NCBI GenBank assembly: GCA_003141835.1
Contig: PLNR01000010.1
Coordinates: 3,768 to 67,767, forward strand
Direction: 5' to 3'
Length of the DNA stretch: 64,000 nt
From: Candidatus Omnitrophota bacterium
Lineage (GTDB): Bacteria > Omnitrophota > Gorgyraeia > Pluralincolimonadales > Pluralincolimonadaceae
The position numbers and the translations under genes were made by a program. Position 1 is the stretch's first letter. Each line of letters opens with the position of its first letter. Shown piece by piece: positions 17,709 to 27,303 of the stretch. The notes beneath the pieces are model-generated. The model saw nothing but the letters and a program-made list of their open reading frames with translations. It had not been told where the DNA came from and did not search any database.

Positions 17709-18953
17709 ATGATGACACATAAAATAAGCAATAATAATGATAACCTGCCGCAGCCGGTAAAAAACAGTTCCGACGGTTTTTACGGCCTGGGCATCGCGCC
17801 CAAGATACTCGATATCCTGGAAAAGATCAAGTTCAAGGTGCCGACGCCTATCCAGCTGAAAGCTATCCCGATAGCGATACAGGGCAAAGATATAGTCGGC
17901 GTCGCCCAGACCGGCACCGGCAAGACCCATTCATTCGCCATACCGATGGTGCAGATCCTCGCGCAGAAGAAGGGGTCCGGGCTGGTGCTGGCGCCTACCA
18001 GGGAACTGGCCCTGCAGATAGACGAGGCCTTCCAGGCGATAGTTCGCCCGTTCGGGATGCGGACGGCATGCCTCATAGGAGGAGCTTCCATGCACGAGCA
18101 GATACAGGCCCTGCGCAGGAGCCCGCGCATTATCATCGCTACGCCGGGCAGGCTAATCGACCATGTCGAGCAGCGCTACGTAACGCTCGGCGGGGTCGCG
18201 ATGCTGGTACTCGACGAGGCTGATCGCATGCTGGATATGGGATTCGCGCCGCAGGTCGATAAGATACTGCGTTTCGTCCCGAAAGATAGGCAGACGATGC
18301 TCTTTTCCGCGACCATCCCGAGGGAAGTCATGGCAATAGCTTCCAAATACATGAAACTCCCCATGAGCATAGAGATCGCCCCTTCAGGGACAATGGCGGA
18401 GCACGTTACCCAGGAGTTGTTCGTCGTCAGGAAAGACGCGAAATCTCAGCTTCTCCGCAAACTGCTCGCGCAATATCACGGAGCGGTGTTGTTATTCTCC
18501 CGTACCAAGCATAACGCGAAGAAGATCGCGCACTCGATAAGGGATATGGGGTATACCGCGGCAGAAATGCATTCGGACCGCTCATTGGGCCAGCGCCGCG
18601 AAGCGCTCGGCGGGTTCAAGTCCGGAAAATATAAGGTGCTAGTCGCTACCGATATAGCCGCTAGGGGAATAGACGTGACCGGGATCGAGCTGGTCATCAA
18701 TTATGACCTGCCTGATGACGCGCAGAACTACGTGCACCGCATCGGCCGCACGGGCCGGGCGGGCCATAAAGGGCACGCGATCTCATTCGCCACTCCGGAC
18801 CAGAGCAGTGATGTCCGGAGCATCGAAAAGCTGATCAGGGTTTCGCTTCCTATCGCGAAGCATCCGGAGATCCCACAGGAGCAGTTCGACAAATCTTCAG
18901 GCCTGGGGAGATCATATCATTTCGCGCCGAGGCGCCGCCACGGCCGCAGGTGA
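17709..18953 (+). CDS. DEAD-box RNA helicase (RhlE/CshA-like)
   Basis: Q motif PTPIQ, AQTGTGKT, PTRELA, TPGRL, DEAD, SAT, ARGID, HRIGRTGR. Start reassigned to ATG 17709. Confidence 0.95.
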   Translation: MMTHKISNNNDNLPQPVKNSSDGFYGLGIAPKILDILEKIKFKVPTPIQLKAIPIAIQGKDIVGVAQTGTGKTHSFAIPMVQILAQKKGSGLVLAPTRELALQIDEAFQAIVRPFGMRTACLIGGASMHEQIQALRRSPRIIIATPGRLIDHVEQRYVTLGGVAMLVLDEADRMLDMGFAPQVDKILRFVPKDRQTMLFSATIPREVMAIASKYMKLPMSIEIAPSGTMAEHVTQELFVVRKDAKSQLLRKLLAQYHGAVLLFSRTKHNAKKIAHSIRDMGYTAAEMHSDRSLGQRREALGGFKSGKYKVLVATDIAARGIDVTGIELVINYDLPDDAQNYVHRIGRTGRAGHKGHAISFATPDQSSDVRSIEKLIRVSLPIAKHPEIPQEQFDKSSGLGRSYHFAPRRRHGRR

Positions 18954-18992
18954 TCACAGTTGCCGGCTGAACACAGGAGAACCCGACCCCCC

Positions 18993-21900
18993 ATGTATAT
19001 GCAAAACTTAAACCTGAAATCCAGCCTCTTATTGGCGGCCTTCCTTTTATTTTTTCCTTCCGGCGGATTTTCTTCGGAAATAAAGATAACGGCTTCCTCA
19101 TCCGAAGCCGCGTTAAGCCCTGAGAACGTATTTGACGGCAACATGGCCACCCGGTGGAGCAGCAAATTCTCCGACAAAGAGTGGCTTGAGATAGACCTCG
19201 GTGAAGCAAAAGAGATATCCGGCCTGACGCTGTTCTGGGAGGCTGCTTACGCGTCCTCTTACGAGGTCCTGGTATCAGCTGACGAAAAAGACTGGAAGAG
19301 CGTCTATAAGCAGGATAAGGGCCCCTGCGGAAGCGAAGAGGTCTCGTTCGAGAAGACCGTGGCAAGATATATAAAGCTGGTCTTTAATAAGAGGGCCACA
19401 AAATGGGGATATTCGCTGTTTGAGATCTCGATAGACGGAGCCGGCATAAATGATACCGGGAAAATAAACGCGAAGGAGATAATACCTCTCGAGGATAAAT
19501 GGGATTTTAAGACAGACCCCCGGAACGTAGGGGTTAAAGAAATGTGGTTTACCCCTGCCGGCGCTCCTAAAGATTGGGGCAAGATAGAGACCGGGCGGTT
19601 CTGGGAAGACCAGGGTTTTCCCAATTACGACGGGTACGCCTGGTATAAAAAAGATATTATGATACCCGCGGCCTGGAATGACGGCAAGGCCGTTTTGATG
19701 ATCGGCGGAGTCGACGACGCTTACGAGTTGTACGTTAACGGCCGGTTCGTCGCCGGATACGGCCCCAGGGTCACGAACTCGACTATACCCCGCAGCGTAA
19801 ACCAGACCCTGACCTTACCACAGGTCGGGAAATACCTGGTGCCGGGCGAACCGAATAATTTTACTTTCCGCGTCTTCGATGATTGGGGCAACGGCGGGAT
19901 ATCCAAACCCCCTATGGTGCTCATGCAGAACGAAGACGCAGTCCCGCAGATAAAAAAACGGCTGGACGCGCAAAGTTATTACCAGTTGAAAGCGAGGCCT
20001 TCGGAAAGGAAATATTATCCCGAATGGATAGGGGGCCGCCAGGCCTACTGGACCGTGGTCGGCGTAGAAGGGGATAAGGCGGAGAGCTGTTTTTGCGAAG
20101 ACGGGCAGGTCCAGTTGTACAACTGGGGCCCTTCCCTGATGCCCTTCATTTACACGGACAATAAACTCCTTACCCGCGAGGATTTCAGGGTCTCCCAGTC
20201 CCTCGAAAAAGGTTATCTTCCCATGCCTGAAGTGGTTTGGGAGAACAATGACCTGGTTTTTTCCCAGAGGCTGTTCGGTTATGGTAAACCGGATGAGGCC
20301 CTTACCTGCCTCAAATATACGTTAAAAAATAAAAGCGAAAAAAAACTGGCCGGCAAACTCTTCCTTACCGTAAGGCCTTTCCAGGTCTATCCCGCATGGC
20401 AGTGGAGCGGCGGGATGGCGATGATAAGGAACCTGGAATATGATACGGCGGGCGGGCATACGCTAAGGATAGACGGGAAAGACCGCCTGGTATCGCTCCG
20501 GGTCCCGGACAGGTTCGGCGGTTCTACGTATATGGAAGACGGCCTCGTCGCCGCGTTGAAGAGCGGGAATATCACCGCCAGGCCGTCGATCAACGATCCT
20601 TTCGACTATGCCTCAGGCGTCCTGGAATATGATTTCAGCATCGCTCCGAAGGCCGAAAAAGAATATTTCTTCCTCATACCTCTGCATGGCGCTGGAACGG
20701 CATTAAAAGTATTGGACAGCGCAGGCCCGGAAAAGGATCTTGAAGTAATGCGGGTGAAGACGAGGGAGTTTTGGGAAGAAAAATTAAACCGGGTACAGGT
20801 GAATATCCCGGATAAAGAGATGTCGGATGCCGTTAAGACCAGCCTGGCATATATGCTCATCAATAAGAACGGGCCGATGCTGCAGGCCGGCTCAGGCGCC
20901 TACAAGAAGTCGTGGATACGCGACGCATGTTCGGCTTCAGCCGCAATGATGAGGATGGGCCTTACCGAAGAGGTGAAGGAATATATCGATTGGTTTACCG
21001 GATGCATAAAGCCAAACGGCAAGGTCCCGCCCATCATGATCTCCGAGACCTCGGCCGAGCCCGCGTGGGAAAGGGAATTCGAAGAGTATGACAGCCAGGG
21101 CCAATACGTCTACTCCGTGCTTGAATATTACCGGTTTACCGGGGACAAGGAATGGCTCAAAGGCAAACTTCCCGCCGTAAAACGCGTCCTCGATTTCACC
21201 GAGGCCCTGAGGAAGAAAGAGGCAGGCGGCATATTCCCGCGCTCTGTCAGCCACGAGGGTTATTTCCCTGCGCCGGGCGTCCATAGTTACTGGGATGATT
21301 TCTGGGGTATCAAGGGATGGAAAGACGCCGCCTCCATCGCGGATATCCTGGGGGATAAGGAGCTGGCCGCCCGCGCTGAAAAAGAAACGGAAGATTTCAG
21401 GAGGTGCGTCAACGATTCCATTAAGGCCGTCCAGGCATCAAAGAAGATAGATTTTATACCGGGATCGGTCGAAAAGGCCGACCTTGACGCGCCGTCAACG
21501 GCTATCGCCGTCTGGCCGACCGAGGAATCGAAATACCTGCCGCAGCCTTCCCTGGATAATACTTTCGGGATATTCTGGAAGAAGCAGTTCCTGCCGAGCC
21601 TGGCGAGCGGGCCGAAGTGGTCGTATTCGCCGTATGCCTTCAGGATATCCCAGGTATTCGTCATCTCCGGCCAGAGGGATAATGCCGTAAAGATGCTTGA
21701 GGAGTTCATGAGGATGCGCAGGCCGCTTGCCTGGAACCAGTGGGCGGAGGGGTTTTTGGCAGATGACCGCAGGCCGTGGTTCGTCGGTGACTTGCCCCAC
21801 ACCTGGGTAGCCTCAATATTCATAAACGCGTTCAGGAGTTTATTTGTGTATGAAGATGATGGTATGCTCATTCTTGGTGGTGGCATACCAGAAAAATGGC

Positions 21901-22097
21901 TCTCGGACAAAGAGGGCGTATCGATAGGCAATTTCCCGACATTTTACGGTAATATCAGTTATTCCGTTAAGCAGGAGAACGGTGTTTTGAAGATCGAGGC
22001 TTCGGGTACTGCGCGCCCTCCGAAGGGTTTCGTTTTCAGGGGTCCTTCCGGAGGAGAGGTGGCTTTCCAGAGCCTGCCGTTCAGTTATGCGCCTTGA
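18993..22097 (+). CDS. Secreted discoidin (F5/8 type C) + sugar-binding jelly-roll + six-hairpin glycosidase-like protein
   Basis: DGN..TRWSS, WL.IDLG, WEAAYA; YDGYAWY, GGVDD..E.YVNG; Y.KSWIRD, EYDSQG, S.SHEGY, HSYWDDFW, GDLPHTW. Confidence 0.8.
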   Translation: MYMQNLNLKSSLLLAAFLLFFPSGGFSSEIKITASSSEAALSPENVFDGNMATRWSSKFSDKEWLEIDLGEAKEISGLTLFWEAAYASSYEVLVSADEKDWKSVYKQDKGPCGSEEVSFEKTVARYIKLVFNKRATKWGYSLFEISIDGAGINDTGKINAKEIIPLEDKWDFKTDPRNVGVKEMWFTPAGAPKDWGKIETGRFWEDQGFPNYDGYAWYKKDIMIPAAWNDGKAVLMIGGVDDAYELYVNGRFVAGYGPRVTNSTIPRSVNQTLTLPQVGKYLVPGEPNNFTFRVFDDWGNGGISKPPMVLMQNEDAVPQIKKRLDAQSYYQLKARPSERKYYPEWIGGRQAYWTVVGVEGDKAESCFCEDGQVQLYNWGPSLMPFIYTDNKLLTREDFRVSQSLEKGYLPMPEVVWENNDLVFSQRLFGYGKPDEALTCLKYTLKNKSEKKLAGKLFLTVRPFQVYPAWQWSGGMAMIRNLEYDTAGGHTLRIDGKDRLVSLRVPDRFGGSTYMEDGLVAALKSGNITARPSINDPFDYASGVLEYDFSIAPKAEKEYFFLIPLHGAGTALKVLDSAGPEKDLEVMRVKTREFWEEKLNRVQVNIPDKEMSDAVKTSLAYMLINKNGPMLQAGSGAYKKSWIRDACSASAAMMRMGLTEEVKEYIDWFTGCIKPNGKVPPIMISETSAEPAWEREFEEYDSQGQYVYSVLEYYRFTGDKEWLKGKLPAVKRVLDFTEALRKKEAGGIFPRSVSHEGYFPAPGVHSYWDDFWGIKGWKDAASIADILGDKELAARAEKETEDFRRCVNDSIKAVQASKKIDFIPGSVEKADLDAPSTAIAVWPTEESKYLPQPSLDNTFGIFWKKQFLPSLASGPKWSYSPYAFRISQVFVISGQRDNAVKMLEEFMRMRRPLAWNQWAEGFLADDRRPWFVGDLPHTWVASIFINAFRSLFVYEDDGMLILGGGIPEKWLSDKEGVSIGNFPTFYGNISYSVKQENGVLKIEASGTARPPKGFVFRGPSGGEVAFQSLPFSYAP

Positions 22098-22133
22098 CAC
22101 GGGGGTGATAAAGATTTAATATAGTGCCTTGAG

Positions 22134-22511
22134 ATGGCCGACGAGAAGAAGACGATACTTATAATTGAGGACGAACCCCTGAACATGAGATTGACCGTTG
22201 ATCTCCTTGAGATCAACGGTTTTAATACGTTAAGCTGCTGTGACGGAATTGCCGCGCTCGAGACTTTAAAGAAGACCATCCCCGACCTTATCCTCCTCGA
22301 TATCAATATGCCTAAAATGAACGGATACGAAGTCCATGAAAATATCAGGAAAGACAGCCGCCTCGACCGCGTCAAGGTCCTCGCGCTTTCCGCGTCGGTC
22401 ATGAAAGAGGACGAGGAGAGGATAAGAAAAGCGGGTTTTAACGATTTTATCCCGAAGCCGATCGACACCAAAGGGCTGGTAAAAAAGATAAGGGAATATT
22501 TGTCCATATGA
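22134..22511 (+). CDS. Single-domain response regulator (DivK-like)
   Basis: ILIIEDE, LILLDINMP, KP. Confidence 0.92.
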   Translation: MADEKKTILIIEDEPLNMRLTVDLLEINGFNTLSCCDGIAALETLKKTIPDLILLDINMPKMNGYEVHENIRKDSRLDRVKVLALSASVMKEDEERIRKAGFNDFIPKPIDTKGLVKKIREYLSI

Positions 22512-23632
22512 GCCGGGACGAACTCGACATACAATACCGCGATATCGTAGAGAACGCCAACAGCATCATCCTGCGCATGGACATGAACGGCGATGTCACC
22601 TATTTCAACAGGTTCGCCCAGAATTTCTTCGGTTACAGGCAGGAGGAGATCCTCGGCAAGAACGTCGTCGGCACGATAGTGGCCCCGACCGATTCCTCGG
22701 GCCGCGACCTCAAGGCAATGATAGACGACATGGCGCTCCACCCGTCGAGCTATGTGAGCAACGAGAACGAGAACGTGATGAAGAACGGCAGGCGCGCGTG
22801 GATCGCCTGGACGAACAAGTCTATCCTCGACGAGGACGGCCGGGTCAGGGAGATACTTTGCATCGGCAACGACATAACCAGGCTTAAGGAAGCCGAGGAA
22901 GAGATAATCAAGGCGAAGGAGGCCGCAGAGAGCGCCAATAAGGCGAAGAGCTCGTTCCTCGCGAACATGTCGCATGAGCTGAGGACGCCGCTTAACGCGA
23001 TAATAGGTTTTTCCGAGCTGATGAAGGACGATAGCGTCGGCCCGCTGACCGATAAGCAGAAGGAATACCTCGATTACGTCTGGGAGAGCGGCAAGCACCT
23101 GCTCTCGCTGATAAACGACATACTCGACCTCTCAAAAGTGGAAGCCGGGAAGATGGAGCTCGAGCTTAGCGAGTTCGACCTGAAAGAGCTTTTAAAGAAG
23201 AGTTTTATCTTTATACAGGAAAAAGCGGTGAAACACGGCATCGCGCTTTCCGCGGATATAAAAGAAGGCATAGGGACCGTAAAAGCGGACCAGAGGAAAG
23301 TGAAACAGGTCATTTTTAACCTCCTCTCGAATGCGGTAAAATTTACCCCGGACGGCGGCAAGATCGGCATAACCGCCGAAAAAACCGGCAAAGGTGAGAT
23401 CCTGGTCTGCGTCTCGGATACAGGCATAGGGATAGAGGCCAAGGACAGCGGCAGGGTATTTTCGGAATTCGAGCAGATCGACAGCGAATATTCGCGCAAA
23501 TACGCCGGCACCGGGCTGGGTATGCCCTTAAGCAAAAAATTTGTCGAGCTCCACGGCGGGAAGATGTGGTTCGAGAGCGAAAAGGGTAAAGGCACGCATT
23601 TTTATTTCACGCTGCCGCTTAACGTCGGTTAA
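22508..23632 (+). CDS. Cytoplasmic PAS-domain histidine kinase
   Basis: PAS/PAC domain; FLANMSHELRTPL, NLLSNAVKFT, DTGIGI, GTGLG. Confidence 0.95.
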   Translation: MSRDELDIQYRDIVENANSIILRMDMNGDVTYFNRFAQNFFGYRQEEILGKNVVGTIVAPTDSSGRDLKAMIDDMALHPSSYVSNENENVMKNGRRAWIAWTNKSILDEDGRVREILCIGNDITRLKEAEEEIIKAKEAAESANKAKSSFLANMSHELRTPLNAIIGFSELMKDDSVGPLTDKQKEYLDYVWESGKHLLSLINDILDLSKVEAGKMELELSEFDLKELLKKSFIFIQEKAVKHGIALSADIKEGIGTVKADQRKVKQVIFNLLSNAVKFTPDGGKIGITAEKTGKGEILVCVSDTGIGIEAKDSGRVFSEFEQIDSEYSRKYAGTGLGMPLSKKFVELHGGKMWFESEKGKGTHFYFTLPLNVG

Positions 23633-23647
23633 AAAGAGGAGGCTGCA

Positions 23648-24022
23648 ATGGCGAAGATCCTGATGATAGACGATGACGCGATGGTGTTAAAACTCTATTC
23701 GGAGATATTATCGAAAGAGGGGTTCGAGGTCCTGACTTCCAGCGACGCGAAAAATGGTTTTGACCTGGCTGTTTCGCAGGCCCCGGACCTGGTCCTCCTC
23801 GATATCATGATGCCGACCGTAGACGGGACCCGGGTGCATGAGGCCCTCTCGCAGAACGATAAGACGAAGGACGTCCCGGTCGTTTTCCTGACGGCGCTCG
23901 TGAGAGAAGAGGAAGTGGCGGAAAGCGGCGGGAAGATCGGCGGCCTGGATTACATATCCAAATCCACGCCCAAGGATAGATTTGTCAAACAGGTCAAGGA
24001 TATCCTGGCCAGGAAGAAATAG
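23648..24022 (+). CDS. Single-domain response regulator
   Basis: ILMIDDD, LVLLDIMMP, FLT, conserved K. Confidence 0.9.
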   Translation: MAKILMIDDDAMVLKLYSEILSKEGFEVLTSSDAKNGFDLAVSQAPDLVLLDIMMPTVDGTRVHEALSQNDKTKDVPVVFLTALVREEEVAESGGKIGGLDYISKSTPKDRFVKQVKDILARKK

Positions 24023-24034
24023 GGCTATACGATA

Positions 24035-25162
24035 TTGAGCGCGGAGTCCGGGTTTAAGGTAAAGATCGCGAGGAAGATCGAAGATATCCCCGTTGCCGAC
24101 TGGAATAAGCTGATGCCGGCGACCGGGGAGAACTATTATTTCTTCAAGACCCTCGACGAATCCGGCATGTCCCAGTTCTCGTTCTTTTATATTTTAGTGT
24201 ATGACAAGGATGCCCCGGTCGGGGCTGCCAGCTGCTTTATAATGAACTTCGGCCTGGATTTCGGAGTTACCGGTGTTCTCAAAGGGTTCACGGGATGCCT
24301 TAAGAAGATATTCCCTTATATCTTGGACCCGAGGATCCTGGTCTGCGGCCTGCCTAACGGCCAGGGAAAGATAGGGATCGCGGCAGATCCGGGCACGGTC
24401 ATCAAGGCCATATGCGAAGCGATGGAGCAGATAGCGAAGGAAAATAAGGCGGAGATCATCGTGTTCAAGGATTTCAGTTTCAGGTACCAGGATACGCTGG
24501 ATAAGTGCCTTGATGCCGGTTTTTTCAAGGTAGGGTCCCTGCCTTACATGGAGATGGATGTCCGCTTCCCGGACTTTGACGGGTACTTGAACACGTTAAG
24601 CTACATATCGAGGAGCGGGTTGAGGAGGAAGTTCAGGAAGATAGAAAAGGAAGTCAAGTTAGGCCTGGAAGTGAAGGGCAGGCTGGAAGAAGACGAATTG
24701 AAGGATGCGTACGCGCTCTATCTCCAGACGTACGGTAAGAAAGAGGTTGGGCTCGAGAAAGTGCCTGTGGATTTTTTCAGGAACATAGCGAAGAACATGC
24801 CTGAAGAGACGAAATTTTTCATTTGGCGGGTAGACAAAAAGATGGTCGCGTTCAGTTACTGCCTGGCCTCGGGGGGCCGTTTCCTTGATTATTACCTCGG
24901 GTTCGATTATTCGATCGCCTATAACTACCACCTTTATTTTATAAGGTTCCGCGACCAACTGGAGTGGTGTATCAAAAATAATATCAGGCTGTATGAATTC
25001 GGGCCTACCGGGTATGAATCGAAGAGGAGGCTGGGCTTCAGGCTTGCGTCGCTGCATAATTACGTAAGGCACCGTAACAGGTTCCTGAACCCGGTCTTCA
25101 AGGGCTTCAGCCGGCGCCTGGTGCAAAAATTATTAAAGTTTTTTTCGAAACGGGAAAGATGA
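24035..25162 (+). CDS. GNAT / FemAB-like acyltransferase
   Basis: F..YL..LS...R...RRK.RK, YLGFDY, LYF, GPTGYESKRRLG; TTG start. Confidence 0.75.
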   Translation: MSAESGFKVKIARKIEDIPVADWNKLMPATGENYYFFKTLDESGMSQFSFFYILVYDKDAPVGAASCFIMNFGLDFGVTGVLKGFTGCLKKIFPYILDPRILVCGLPNGQGKIGIAADPGTVIKAICEAMEQIAKENKAEIIVFKDFSFRYQDTLDKCLDAGFFKVGSLPYMEMDVRFPDFDGYLNTLSYISRSGLRRKFRKIEKEVKLGLEVKGRLEEDELKDAYALYLQTYGKKEVGLEKVPVDFFRNIAKNMPEETKFFIWRVDKKMVAFSYCLASGGRFLDYYLGFDYSIAYNYHLYFIRFRDQLEWCIKNNIRLYEFGPTGYESKRRLGFRLASLHNYVRHRNRFLNPVFKGFSRRLVQKLLKFFSKRER

Positions 25163-26307
25163 TGGTATACATCAGGAAAAATCCCGGCGCGGAAGAGCGA
25201 CTTTCGATATTATCGAACGATTCCCGGTATGACCTCGCCTGCGCCTGCGGCACCAACGATGATGAGCATCGCCGCCGCTCAAAAGAGGGCAAATGGATAT
25301 ATCCGGTCGTGCTGCCCAACGGGGGGACCACATATCTATTTAAGACGCTGCTTTCCAACGAGTGCGTAAATAATTGCAAATATTGCCCGCTCAGGGCGGG
25401 TTCGGATACTGATCGCTGCGCCCTCAGCCCGGAAGAATTGGCCGGGGCTTTTATCTCTTATTATAACGCCCGCAGGGTCAGCGGGCTTTTCCTCAGCAGC
25501 GCTGTGACCGGCAGCCCGGACATCACTATGGAACGGATAAACCGCTCGGCGCTCAACCTGCGCAGGGCCGGGTTCAGGGGCTACATACACTTAAAGGTCA
25601 TCCCCGGCGCGTCCGAGGCTGCTATCCGCCAGAGTCTCTCCCTGGCGAACGCCGTTTCGTTGAATATAGAGACCGCAGGCGAGAATAATTTCAAGCATCT
25701 CAGCACGACAAAAGATTACCTCCGCGACATCATCCGGCCGATAGAGATGATAAGCCGCCTAACCGCGAAGGGGTCCCGTTACGCGGGGGTCAAACAGACC
25801 ACCCAATTTGTCGTCGGCGCTTCCGGAGAGACCGACAAGGAGATCATAAGCTATTCCTGGAGGCTGTATAAGGAATTGGGCCTTAACAGGGTCTATTTCA
25901 GCGCTTACCAGCGCGGCGCCGGGTCGCCGGAACTTCCCGGCGAGCGTTCGGGCCTGGCTAACAGTACTAGCAGGGATCTGCTAGTACGCGAGCACCGCCT
26001 ATACCAGACCGATTGGCTCATCCGCAAGTACGGGTTCAGGGCGGACGAGATACCCCTGGACCGGGACGGTAACCTCTCCCTCGGGACCGACCCTAAAGAG
26101 ATGTGGGCGAAGTCGCATCCCGAGTTTTTCCCGGTAAATATCAACAGGGATGACAGGGGCCGTTTGTTGCGCGTTCCCGGCTTGGGGCACGTGATGGTCG
26201 AACGGATACTTTCATTGCGGAAGAACGGGGCAAGGGTAGGCTCTATTGAAAAACTGGGAAGGCGGAATAAGCTTCTTACGAAGGCCGAGCGGTACCTGGC
26301 GTTTTAG
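25159..26307 (+). CDS. Putative DNA modification/repair radical SAM protein with a C-terminal helix-hairpin-helix (TIGR03916-like)
   Basis: SRYDLAC, KTLLSN.C.NNC.YC, GLFLSS, YIHLK.IPG, TQFVVGA, REHRLYQ.DWL.R.YGF, LLRVPGLG. Confidence 0.88.
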   Translation: MMVYIRKNPGAEERLSILSNDSRYDLACACGTNDDEHRRRSKEGKWIYPVVLPNGGTTYLFKTLLSNECVNNCKYCPLRAGSDTDRCALSPEELAGAFISYYNARRVSGLFLSSAVTGSPDITMERINRSALNLRRAGFRGYIHLKVIPGASEAAIRQSLSLANAVSLNIETAGENNFKHLSTTKDYLRDIIRPIEMISRLTAKGSRYAGVKQTTQFVVGASGETDKEIISYSWRLYKELGLNRVYFSAYQRGAGSPELPGERSGLANSTSRDLLVREHRLYQTDWLIRKYGFRADEIPLDRDGNLSLGTDPKEMWAKSHPEFFPVNINRDDRGRLLRVPGLGHVMVERILSLRKNGARVGSIEKLGRRNKLLTKAERYLAF

Positions 26308-26320
26308 GCGGCGGCGCATC

Positions 26321-26359
26321 AAAATCCTTGTTATAATAAGGCATAATCCCCTATAATAG
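26321..26359 (+). promoter_or_regulatory. Sigma70 promoter cassette, copy 4 (more diverged)
   Basis: AAAATCCTTGTTATAATAAGGCATAATCCCCTATAATAG; TATAAT lies 7 nt before ATG 26365. Confidence 0.65.
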
Positions 26360-26364
26360 TATAG

Positions 26365-27288
26365 ATGAAGATAAAGACGGTACTATTGGCTGCTGCCCTT
26401 ATTTTTGCGGGCGCGATATTGTTCTTTTCATACAGGAACTATTTCGGGTCCCCGGAGGCCGGAAGCAATCGGGTCTCCTTACAGGCCAGGGAGAAAGCGT
26501 GGCAGGGGCTGAAAAAGGACCTGGAGAAGAAGGTCGCGCGTTTCAACGGCACGGTCGGCCTTGTGGTCAAGGACCTGGACACGGGCCGCGAGATCGACTT
26601 CAACAAAGATGCCTCGATCCCATCCGCCAGCCTGGTTAAGATCCCCATTATGCTCTCCTGCTATTACGCAGCCCAGGACGGTAAGATAAATTTGAACGAC
26701 CCTGTGCGGCTAAGGTACGCCGACAGGGTGGAAGGATCGAAGGTACTGGGGAATAAGCCGGTCGGTTCGGTCTTTACGGTAGAGCAGCTGCTCCATCCCA
26801 TGATAACGCAGAGCGACAACGCCGCCGCAAACCTTCTCATCGAATACGTGGGATTCGACACCTTGAACGCTTATTTCAGGAAGATGGGCTTAAGGGATAC
26901 CAATTTAGCGCGCAAGATGATGGATTTCAAGGAGCGGAGGGAGGGCGAGGAGAACTATACGACTGCGGCGGACATGGCCGACCTCCTCGAGGAGCTGTAC
27001 CGGAAAAAATTCTTGAGTAACGAAATATCAGACAAATGCCTCGACCTGCTGGGAGAGCAGAAGATAAACGACAGGATACCCAGGAAACTTCCGAGGGACG
27101 GGACTTTCATCGCCCATAAGACGGGGTTGGAGAGGCACATCTGCCACGATGTCGGGATCGTATTTACCAACAACGGCGATTTCCTGATATGCGTCCTGGT
27201 CAAGCACCAGAACAGGTTCGCGATACCCGCCAAGAGGCTTATTTCAGATATCGCGTTATTGACTTATAATTATTACCGGAACCTTTAA
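26365..27288 (+). CDS. Class A beta-lactamase-like serine hydrolase
   Basis: SLVK (SxxK), SDN and HKTG motifs; N-terminal anchor. Confidence 0.88.
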   Translation: MKIKTVLLAAALIFAGAILFFSYRNYFGSPEAGSNRVSLQAREKAWQGLKKDLEKKVARFNGTVGLVVKDLDTGREIDFNKDASIPSASLVKIPIMLSCYYAAQDGKINLNDPVRLRYADRVEGSKVLGNKPVGSVFTVEQLLHPMITQSDNAAANLLIEYVGFDTLNAYFRKMGLRDTNLARKMMDFKERREGEENYTTAADMADLLEELYRKKFLSNEISDKCLDLLGEQKINDRIPRKLPRDGTFIAHKTGLERHICHDVGIVFTNNGDFLICVLVKHQNRFAIPAKRLISDIALLTYNYYRNL

Positions 27289-27303
27289 AAAAGGGGGATA
27301 GGG

